A stretch of 64,000 nt of DNA from Raillietiella orientalis. Its lineage: Eukaryota. Shown one piece after another: positions 24,791 to 34,983 of the stretch (position 1 is its first letter; each line of letters starts with the position of its first letter). The notes below the pieces were generated by a model, which was given only the letters and a program-made list of their open reading frames with translations, did no database searches and was not told the DNA's origin. Made by a program: the position numbers and the translations under genes. The stretch covers positions 2,232,001 to 2,296,000 of the forward strand of contig JAYWIR010000002.1 in the NCBI GenBank assembly GCA_036172245.1, written 5' to 3'.

Positions 24791-25389
24791 TGAGCTTGCT
24801 CCGTCCGATGTTTCGAAGCACTCTGTGATTCCACAACATCATGAGGGTTCTGGAAGATTTTCCTTCTGCAGCTCACGCTGATCAAATTCATGGTGTTGAC
24901 AACAACGGTACGGTTTGTTAGGCCTTCTGAAATCCGCAGATCCGTTCACATTTGCGCTGGCCTCGAGAAAATAAAAGAGGAAGGTTTCCTTCCTCGGATC
25001 TTCAAAAAAGGAAAGGAAGTAATGGTCAGATGCAATTCTCAAAGGTTCAGATCAATTTGCACGGGTCGTCATAACAGTCCACAAAAAGACCAGTATTCGC
25101 AGGGGAAGAAGAAAAAAAATGCTCTGCAGAAAACGTTTGTTTCATCAAGAATAAAGGAAGCAGTTCTTGCGGAATGCTCGTGCATGCATGTACTGTGTGC
25201 ACTTGAACAGTGATGGCACAATCAAATGAAATAGCAAAAATGGATTGAATAAAGGAAACCTCCGGATGTTGAGGAAATGAATACACATTGGAACGAAGGA
25301 ACGAATTTTCTAAATGCGAATGTCAATTATAGATTTATTCATTGGTGGATTTAAGGTGTATTCTAGAGAACCATAGAAAATAAATAGCT

Positions 25390-25810
25390 AAACACTTAGA
25401 ACTTACTAACCATATCGTGTATTGGCTGCATCTGTCCGACATGGTCTAGTGCAGTACCATGAGGCAGCCACATTGGCTCAACTGTTTGCTACCGATGGAT
25501 CAACTTGGGCATATCTCAAACGTCATGCCTGTGGTCCCCTGTCAGCTGCATTACAGCCCTATACACGTTCATGTGCTGGCTACACAGTACTTAAATACTT
25601 ATTTGGTGTTGGTGATCGCCACCATGACAATCTACTGCTCAAACCTGATGGCCGGCCGTTCCATATTGATTTTGGATATATCTTGCGGAGAGATCCCGAA
25701 CCCATGCCACCAGCAGTAAAACGGAGCAGGGAAATGTTGGATGCCTTGGATGGAGCTGATTCAGAGTTGCACGCTTTATTCCGAGAACCCTGTTATATAC
25801 AGCATCACTA
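25390..25810 (+). pseudogene. Vps34: Intronless fragment of a class III PI3-kinase (Vps34) catalytic domain
   Basis: PYRVLAASVRHGLVQY...YTRSCAGYTVLKYLFGVGDRHHDNLLLKPDGRPFHIDFGYILRRDPEPMPP...REM...FREPCY matches the Vps34 signature SCAGY..ITYILGVGDRH.DNLLL...G.LFHIDFGYILGRDPKP. Apparent 2-nt frameshifts at both ends (LELT/PYRV and CY/TA), substitutions at normally invariant positions, and no other Vps34 exons seen in the window. Confidence 0.88.
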
Positions 25811-27573
25811 ACCCAACGCAGTGGGATCAGCTGTTTCCTTCAAGTCCTCATTTCCGCTTCACCGAAATGAATCTTCTAAGGAATATGAGGTTGCTAGAAT
25901 ACAGGTACTCGAGTGTAGCTCATCCTGAAGACAATGATGAGAGAGAGACATAGGAGAGTTTTTTTGCTCGACTCAGAGTATGTTGATGCACTGTGGGGCC
26001 CGTGTGATGTTTCATGATAATTTGTGTGGTAGTTTCAGTTTAGAGCTTCGTGTTTCCAGTGCAAGAAACTGAAAGCACCCAAACGAAGTTCAGGTCACGG
26101 GAAATGAAGGGAACGTTTCAAATTCCTGGTTCGCTTGCCAAAGGAGAACGTTTGCAATCCAGAAGTTCTTTTCGTAAAAAGGGAACGTACGATTTAGGAA
26201 CAAAGCAGTGAAATATTAAGATCAATGGAATATGGAGATTCCCTGAAACGGTTGGGAATCATGCAGTTTCCCGGAGTTGTTATCAAAATCATGGGCATCA
26301 TGGTGGAAAAGAACGATTGGATTGTTCGCCGATCGTCGAAACATCAAAATAATATACTTATGTAATATTTATTTGTACAAATGAATGGTAATGTAAGGAA
26401 TACCCCGCTTGTCCACAGAACCCTCAGCATCTCCCATGATCACTGAGGATTGATTATTGGTCTCCTTTACTATTTGTGGAATTTGATTCAGTGTTAGTTA
26501 GTCAATTTAGTTAGTTAATTAGTCAGTTTGTTAATTCGACTTTCTTGTGTTCATAGAAAAGTGTGTTAGTTAGTCATTCTGGAGTCCCGAGTTCCCGTTA
26601 TTACGTCTTGAAGACCGAAGGTCTCAGATTGAAATTTCAAGATCCGAGGCTACAGACAAGATGAAAGCACGTCAGAGCATTAAGAGCACTATTTCATCAA
26701 AGTCTTTGCATGCTTTTAAAACTGCATATCGTAGCCCTTGAAATTACCTTTCTAGTACAATTCCAAGAAACTTTTTAATCTTGAAACTAATTCCCAGGGC
26801 AGAAGACAATCGAACCTCTATAGAGTTGTTGCATTTTTGGAAACATGTTAAGATACACAAGTCTGATATAGAATGAACTACATACTGTTCCAAATAGCAT
26901 CACATCTCCAAACTTTTTCTTGTCCTTGACTTTCTCATCTAGACTAGCGCTATCATTTGTGGGGTGCATTCAAATCATTATAAATACAGATGCTCTAACA
27001 CATGAGTTCCCCATGTTGTGGCAATGCTTTGTAAGCACACATAAAGATCAATCTCATTTCTTTCTGAATTTAAAATCAAACAATCGCAAATATTGTTTCC
27101 CGTTCTTATAAACAGACCTCATTTTTTTAATTCAGAGCCTTTTGGTTTCTTTTATTTTGATACTTCGCAAACATTACTCAAATAAACTTATTTTCTGTGG
27201 TTGGCTCTAAATGTGATGACACTAAATTACCTAGGATATGCCACAAGCTTGTGACGCTTCAGAATTTGCTGAGGATTCACATTTGGATCTTTGATTTCCC
27301 TGCGCTCATCCACTATTCTAAATTCTGTATCCAATCTTAATGCTATTCTGCACATTTTGTTAGAAGGATTCTGATTTTAAACTCAGTTCTAAAACTTGAT
27401 TTCTTGGATTGCAGTTTCTTACATTACAATTCATTGGGGGTGTCATAGGGAAGCAGAAGTGTATATGCAGCAAGCTTAGATAGGAAAGTTTTGCAGTCCA
27501 TAAGAATTTCAGTAGTATTTTATGAGACTTTATTAGTGGGTCGAAAAGAATTTTCAAGGCAAGTTTCCATATA

Positions 27574-28174
27574 AACTTTTTTGTATCCTTAGCTCCCTTT
27601 GAGCACGTATCGCAGAATCAGTATTCATCTTTTATAAAATTGATTTCCCCGGAGTTGTCATTGGAATTATCGGTACAGTAATCCAAAAAGAGAATGACGA
27701 AAAGACGAAATGATTACTGATACTGTCGGACAGAGCTTCATCTATGAACTTGGTTCAAAATGGAATTCAACTCAGCCGAACAAATTGCACAAGACAAGAA
27801 ATTTTATACTCATGGAACTCTTCCAGAATTATCGAACCCATCACTCAAGGATTTTGGAAATGTCATTTAAGTAAAATAACGCTCAATCGCAGAACTGTTC
27901 CGAGTCGTACACGCTGATGAGCACTGCCTTTAAAGTGGCACTACGAGTAACGAAGAAATATCGGATAGGATAAGCTTTATCATAAAGCACCGTTATAAAG
28001 CACTTGACCGTGTTTTGTCCACTTTTCCAGTGTACTATGCCGTTGGGTGTTTGGGATTCTGGGTTTCCATAAATGTGAAAATGAATGTACGTATTACGAA
28101 AGGCCCGATTAGATAAAAGACAAATACCGATTCTGTGAAACGTGCTCAAAGGGGGCTAGGGATACAAAGAAGCT
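27574..28174. repeat. 62-bp imperfect inverted repeat pair (27574-27635, 28113-28174); possible MITE or symmetric promoter element
   Basis: Reverse complement of left arm ataaaagatgaatactgattctgcgatacgtgctcaaagggagctaaggatacaaaaaagtt vs right arm ataaaagacaaataccgattctgtgaaacgtgctcaaagggggctagggatacaaagaagct: 53/62 identical, ungapped. Confidence 0.8.
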
Positions 28175-28491
28175 CACGTGAAATGATGTAAAGGATTTTG
28201 GATTGTCCTGAGATGCTTCCAGAATTTAGTACTGGAGTGCTTGGGGTTCTGCCTATCTGAGCACTGTGAAATTAGCATTTGTTAATTAATGTGTACCATA
28301 TTAGAGATCGTTGTGCTTAGCAAGTGAGCTAGTTTTGAGCTCCCAGTTTGAGCAGCGAATCGGATCGTAAATTCCTGTGGGATGAGAACCAGTAAAACGC
28401 GTGACAGAATTTAGGGATGCGTGTTGAGCTGGGATTCCTGGATGCTGTGAAAAAACAGGAAATCGAATGAAGCATGCTCTCTTGATAAATT

Positions 28492-31413
28492 ATGTGTTTG
28501 ACATGGCATTACATGCGACTATGGCAGAAAGACAATCCTCCAGTAGTGATTTTCCTGGTGTTTTTGCTTTCATGTGCTGTAGTAATTTTCAATTTGGCGA
28601 TGTTTGCGAATTTCAAGGCTACCGGGCCGACAAAGGTTGGTTGCAAAAGTTCATATAATCTGCTTTCCTCAATTAGTACCGGATAAAATGTTGACAGTGG
28701 AATTTAATTATGGGATTGCTGTAAATCTGACTTGTGTTTTCAAATTTCAAGATCTGGAACGAGTTTCTGAACCATTTGGCAGCATCGAAATACTGTAGGA
28801 GCAGTGAAATTGCTGACCCATTTAACATTGGACATGTGTTCTCGGAGGTAAAGGCAAAAAATTTCACATCATCACCAAAAAAACACAGTTACAATAGTGT
28901 GTAATGATGTCATTACACACTATTGTGACTGTGTTTTTTCGTTTTTTCTCTCGCTCATTTAAGGGTGGCAGTTGTTAACTGTATTCACGATTGTGCATGT
29001 GTCACAAATGCATTATTTTGCACCCGTGGAAATTGGTGATTGTTTTTTAAATTTGATATTTAGAGAGTTATGATTTGTTGGGTTCAGTTGTGTTTTTTAC
29101 CTTGACTGTTAGGATTCATAGGGAAATCGTCACATACTCACTGTAAACATGTTTGAGTTTTCAATTTAGCTTACAAATATATGAAAGAAAGTGCCGCTAA
29201 ATCCATTATTATGGAGGGCGCGAAGATTGTGCCCGATTTTGACAAATGTGTAGTTCTGCAGCTGATTGGTAGCACATATGATTAAATCGCATGAGTTTGT
29301 TTTATGTAATTTAAATATCAGAAATGGGAACAAATGCCAGGCATTCAAGAAATAATGCTCATACAATGAGCACATTGTGAAAGAGTTGATAATTTGACTG
29401 TGTTCCTTGTTGTTGTCAAATAGCTTGTGCAATGTATTACATAGGTACCAGGCATCAAGAATGTGTCTATTCAAATCCCCATTCTTTACACTGCAGATTT
29501 GTCTGATTTTAAGCCTGTTCTCTTAAAAGGCACAGTATCACTCCAGTTTGGCATTGCAGGTAGTAAGTAAAGTTGAATTCTTTTTAATGTTTTTGTACTT
29601 ATTTGAGTAGTGCAGCATTTAAGTAGCTTGTAGGGTGTTCTAAATACGTTTAACTTACAGTTGCAAACTTGCATAGAATAGTAAAAGAAAATTATTTCTT
29701 TCCTTTGATAACAAGTTTCATAAAATTTACTTGGTTCATTGCAAACTTGTAAATACAACTCGAGCATAATAAAACTAATAAGTAGTTGTATTTAAATTAT
29801 GATACTGGTTATTTGAATAATAGAGATTTTATAGGATTATGAACTTTTGCAAGATTATTTTACATATTATATAATGCTGATTTCAAATTTGAAATAGATG
29901 AGGAAATAGAAGTTCGTATTTGAATTGTTTCATAAATTTTTTTATTTATGAACATTATGTTTGCAGCATTTAAAGATTTGTTATGTTAAGTCAGCACACA
30001 TGTTGTGTTAGTTTTGATCTTGGTCTTGGCATAAATTATCTTAGTTTTGCATTTAAAGCAGCATATGCTTATTACTTGGGAGGGAGGAACTTTATCTTGT
30101 TTTAATGGTCTATGTGTTTATCCAAGAATGCTGGCTTTATAAGATTTCCATGGCTTAATTACAAATAAATGCTGAGTTTATATGATAGTGTTTGAGCAGT
30201 GTTCATGGGTTCTTCTGCTATCTCTGTACATTTCCAAATGTTTCCATCCCTCTTACACCAGATAATTTGTGATTACTGAATGCATAATGGTTATTAATTA
30301 GTTATTTTTTACATGGTTTGGAAAATTTTTAATAAGATCAGATTTTAACTGGATTCTTTTAATCAGAAGAGTATACTAGGTATTAAATGATTGCATCAGT
30401 CACATTTTGTTTGGTATTAAGCCTTTTATTTATATTCACTTGAGTTATTCATGCTTAAGAAATCCGATTTTCCATGATGCAACTTTTGTATTCACAAGTG
30501 TTAGGATATGGAAACAAAAGTGTGAACATCAGCAACATTTTTTGTTTTTGCTAGTAGGCATTTTTGTTTATATTAGTTGTAAACAAAATAGGAGTTTTAT
30601 TCATGATTCCTAATTAAAGATTAGAACTCAAACACTTATTTGGAAATATTCAAAATTTTTACAGTAATTTAAGCACAGTTTAACATGAAATGTCAAGTTG
30701 CAATTTTATTTTTTAATCTGTACATTTGACTTTTTTTAGTCTAATGTTAGGCTGTGCAACAAAGCAAAAATTTTGCAGATGTGTGTTTTTATTCGATTCC
30801 TGTGTTCTGAATGCACGAAAATCCAATTCCGATGTTCTGCATTTGAAATAAGAATCATGAATAATCACAATTAAGTTTTGCATAGTAATGCCCAGTGTTT
30901 GATTCTGTTTGTTTTTTAGGAAAATTAGATTTAGATCTAATTGCCCTCCAGTTGGCACAGACAAACGATTCTGTTTGTCTTTCTGTCAGAAGTGAAGATG
31001 AAATTATTTTGCCATCTAATGTGCACCAATGCATGATGAACTTTTCTGAATTAAAATATCAGTCTGGTGTTTGGTTTCCTATATCAAATGCTTCAACAGT
31101 ATGTCATGATCCTCAGCCACAAAAAATTTTCACTTTGATTCATCCTTTTGGTGATCCGAAAAGTGATGTAAGTTTGTATTTAAACTTTATTTATTTCGTA
31201 TTTTCGTATTTAAAAAAACATCCAATTGTTTGTTTGTTTGTTTGTTTCATTTTTGATTTGCTTTATTTGCAGAGCAGAGCATCCAGTTGTCTTATGTACT
31301 CTAGCATCACCGTATTTCTGTCTGCAGCAGGCTTACTTTTAGCTTCTCTGGCTCATTATGCCTCAGTATATGAAGCTTTACCACAAGTGAATATTGACCT
31401 TGAAGAATCTTAG
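28492..31413 (+). CDS. TMEM248/TMEM219-family membrane protein (about 252 aa). Exons 28492-28635, 28752-28847, 28972-29035 (least certain), 29497-29562, 30920-31167, 31273-31413
   Basis: Phase-consistent GT-AG splicing gives KDNPPVVIFLVFLLSCAVVIFNLAMFANFK..|IWNEFLNHLAASKYC..|..LKGTVSLQFGIAGR..DSVCLSV..HQC..VCHD..|SRASSCLMYSSITVFLSAAGLLL. This parallels the TMEM248 pattern PPLVVF..TM..WNTFL......C..GLSGR..AC..C..C..LMHTSYFLF, with two TM helices around a Cys-containing loop. Confidence 0.72.
28878..28939. repeat. Near-perfect 62-nt palindrome (30-bp arms, 2-nt centre) in intron 2 of the TMEM248-like gene
   Basis: aaaaaacacagttacaatagtgtgtaatga-tg-tcattacacactattgtgactgtgtttttt; 29/30 Watson-Crick pairs, and the remaining pair is U-G on the + transcript. 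Confidence 0.95.
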
Positions 31414-33471
31414 CATATTGCAAAATATCCAAGTAGAAGATTCAAGGGACTATAAACGAGTTTCATAAATATAGCTGTAAACATTATCATCATCATGTTA
31501 GAAGCCCCGATGTTGGAATTGACTCCTCCATCTCATCCTTCCTCCATTGTTTCATTAATGATCTGTGATAGTTCATGGTGACTATGTGAGCTACGTGTTT
31601 TCTAAGTATATGCAGTAAAACCATATTCAAGATTGCTGTTAAGACACATTAGCTGAGGGAGAAAACATCTGATTTCAAGGAAACAGACTGAACATTGGCA
31701 ACAGTTTGGTATGAAAGATGATGCATACGTGAGAACGATCTTGTAAATTCGAGTCGAACACGAAAAATTGCCTGTAGGCAGTTTTGTGTAAGACATTAAA
31801 AAAAAACAACAACGAGATTCCTTGCTTTTAGAAAAAATGGCTTTATCAACAGAGGTTTCGGGGATTTTTTAATAAACTTGATTAAGCTGCTCGCTTCTCG
31901 CCAACTCTTGTTTCTCAAGCGCCACGTTTTGTGCGAACACGGATATGCGGATCCGTTTCCCGTGCTAGCGGGAAACACCTCGTGCTTGTGACACGCCCCA
32001 AGGCAACCATGCAATCCCGTTGCAACAAGGTGGTGACTTCCAGCTTTCGTCCCCGTTCTCTCCAGGCCCAGCTGCCTCATCGCAGGCTCGGAGTACAAAG
32101 CCTGAGTTTCAGGTTTCTCCCGACCCTAACGAATCGAATAAAGTGCAGCGAAAGACAGAGGGAGCAAACACGTCGTAAGCAGTGTTCTACCAGCACATTT
32201 TCTTAACTGGAATGGGCGAGTCACCTGGGAGTGTAAAAGGGTTGGCGCGTGCCGCGGAAGAACAAAATGGCGACGCCAACAACAACGACATGAATAGCCT
32301 GAAGGGCGCGGCCTGGCAGGTCCATAGCGTGATGAATGCACCGAGAGAAATGTTGAAGGAATTCTAGACGTTCTGATGGATTCATTTTGTCCAGCAAAAT
32401 GGTCAGGAACGAAGTTTCGCGCGCTTCGCGAAAACAGCACCGTCAACTTTACTTTCCGGATGGAAACGACTCTGTCCTAAAGCGCCTCGTTTCAAGATCT
32501 TGGCGGAGACGGCATCCCTGTCAGGAGATGACCACGATCTCTGCCGAAGTTTCACCCTTCGCAGTGAAGCACGTGAAATCCAAGATTTCGCGGGGATTCG
32601 TACGTTTGGCAGGTTTCCGAGTTGGCGCGCACGGCTCGTCCGGAGTACCGAGGTTTCTCTTTCGGTTCCTTCCGGATGACAAGAAGCGACCACCGAACCA
32701 ACCCAACTATCCAAAGACGGCACTTCCAAGCTCGTCAGACCCGCCTCAGTTTTGCGTCCGTGTCAGATGCGGGCGCCTTCTCTTCCCTCATGCGTAATAG
32801 CTCTGAGCCGCGTGCCTTCGTGGTCCAGAAGTGGCTGAAGAAGGACCAGAAACGAGTCCGAACCGGGGATTGCGGAGATTCGAGCAGTGCCTGCGCCCGA
32901 GTGAAGGAACTAGCTCTTCGGAACGACTGCAGCGAAAAACCAACTTCTCTAAAGTCACCATCAGAAAGACCCTCGTGGGCATTCGCGAACTTCGTCCCCG
33001 AAGCACGAGGAGCGGCGTTCCGCGAAGAGCTACAACGCACTGCTTCGCTCTCAAACGAGACGCGCGAATTATTGGAGCGTGCCGATTTGGGCTGCTGCGT
33101 AACTGAGGACGAGCAGAAAGATACGCCCCATCGTGAACTTTGCTCCGCTTGCCGGAAAATATGGCTGCCGTCATCGAGGGGGGACTTCTGGGGACTCAGG
33201 AAGACCGTTGGGAATCACTCGATGATCTTTGCGCCCAACGTGGAAAGAAATCCAGGCACCACCAGGACGGGCACACATTAGGAAATTCCCGTCCGGCTGA
33301 CTCGAGAGAGATCGATGACTGATTGGCCCGATCGATCCCGGAAAATCAGAACTCTCACTGTCCCTCGTGCACCGCGTGCGTTTTTTTTCCCCCCTCCTGC
33401 GCAGAACGGAACTTCCATCGGAAGCTTCCAGAGACGGCTTCGCGATTTTGCGGCGGCCGCGTTAACCGAAA

Positions 33472-34740
33472 CCTCCGCGTTCCGCAGCGGATGTTTGAGA
33501 GACCAGCGGAGCGGTAGTGGGCGCGCCACTCCTCGTAGGGAACCCGAGAGTCCTGCTGGAACAGCAGCGACCCACAGCCAGAGTTTCTCGTAGATGCGGT
33601 GGGCGCCACGGAACCTGCCGTCAGCTGGGCGGTTGCAGAGGTGAGGCAACTGCAGCAAAGGGCGCCCTCGGACCGTAGGAGGAGGAACGTTCTTGGAGAC
33701 GGGTTGCGTTGCCCACCCCCTTTTTGCTATCTCCTCCTCTTCCTCCCTTCTTCCTTTTCTTCCTCTTCCTCTTTCTCCCTCCTTTTCCATCCAGTGCTGT
33801 TGCGCTCTCGCTGTTGATTCCGAGAGTTCAGCTGACCACTGGACAGAAGAGCCTCCGCGTTCCGCAGCGGATGTTTGTGAGACCAGCGGGCGAGCCACTC
33901 CGTGGAGGGAACCGGAGAGGCCAGCTGGAACGGCAGCGACCCCCGGCCGGGGTTTCTTGTAGACACAGCGGGAGCCATGGAACTTGCTGGGGCGGTTCAG
34001 GCAACTGCAGCGCTCTCTGCTGTAGGACATTCTGCCGACGACGAGACAGATATGGGGAGGGGCAGATCCACAGTTTCTGCTTGGCCCGTACGTGGAACCC
34101 CTCCGGCAGGAAGAGCGCCGACGGCAACGTGCGGGCGGAATCCCGGGTCGCTGTGCACCCGGCGACGCGTGCGTCCTCTCTCCGCAGCCCGCGATCCAGG
34201 GGGACGTTGTGGGAGGGGGGGGGGGATGTCACTGGAGAACAAGGGAGCGCCCGCCTCCCGCAGGGAGCTTTCTTCCTTCGGTCGCCGCGCGAGTCCGTTT
34301 GCGGTGCGCGAAAATCGCCGCCGCTTCGGCTCCAGGCGGAAGCCGGCATCCGATCGATCGGCAAGGATGACGCCCTCGCTGCCCCCACGAAGGGCGGAGG
34401 AGAACCTAGGGATCTGGAACCATCAGGGGCGGCGGTTTCCCCTCAGTGAAACTCGAGCGTGCAGCACGCGGAGTCCACCGCAGCTGGGAAACGGCCTTCT
34501 CGCGAGTGAACTCCCCCTGCCTTGCTCCCCATCTTCGACACCGGCTGCACTCTCTTCGTCCGGGGACCGTGGAGGACGTCCTCGAACCGTAGGAGGAGGA
34601 ACGTTCTTGGAGACGGGGTTGCCTCCCCCCCCTCTTTTTTTTTTTTTTACGCTCTGTCCCTTCCTCTCGTCCCCCACCCGGTGGTGTTGCCCTCTCGTCG
34701 CTGACCCTGAGACTTCAGTTTGCCACCGGACAGAAGAGAA
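33472..34740. repeat. Diverged 380-bp tandem duplication; second unit split by an insertion of about 560 bp
   Basis: cctccgcgttccgcagcggatgtttg starts at 33472 and 33852. The second half of the unit (accgtaggaggaggaacgttcttggagacggg...ggacagaagag) occurs at about 33673-33851 and again at about 34586-34738. Confidence 0.85.
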
Positions 34741-34983
34741 GGCTGACCGAAGCAGCTTTCTGGACGAAGATAGACTGTGGCCGGATGACCCCGCTTAGCG
34801 ATGGCGGAGAGTGGCTAAGGAAAACGCACGCAGGTTATCTGGTTTTGGGGTGTGATTCTTTTTTGTTTTTTTTCTCCCCTCTTCCCCGGTCCGCAGGTCC
34901 GTCTTCCCCTTCCCTTCGCGGCGTTCGAGATCCCGCGCGTGCGCGCGTCTCCTCCTCCCTTCTCCTCCTCTCTCCGAAGCCGG

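Noticed and set aside
24900..25080. RT fragment of another LINE clade (IFKKG...FRSIC)
   Set aside because: Only a single short motif; insufficient without a search.
26392..26605. Solo LTR (tgtaagg...ttattac with TTAG repeats)
   Set aside because: The end is not CA, there is no TSD and there is no second copy in the window.
26660..27480. Minus-strand multi-exon gene (MCRIALRLDTEFRIVDERREIKDPNVNPQQILKRHKLVAYP; LDEKVKDKKKFGDVMLFGT)
   Set aside because: Plausible donor sites exist, but I could not build a unique phase-consistent model or recognise the protein. RNA-seq is needed.
27910..27960. Hammerhead ribozyme (ctgatga...gaa)
   Set aside because: Stem II is not closed by a correctly placed GAAA, and stems I and III could not be formed.
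32200..33280. Decayed Tc1/mariner transposase (VVQKWLKK, TIRKTL, ENMAAVIEGG)
   Set aside because: Motif order and spacing are inconsistent, and no catalytic triad or TIRs were found.
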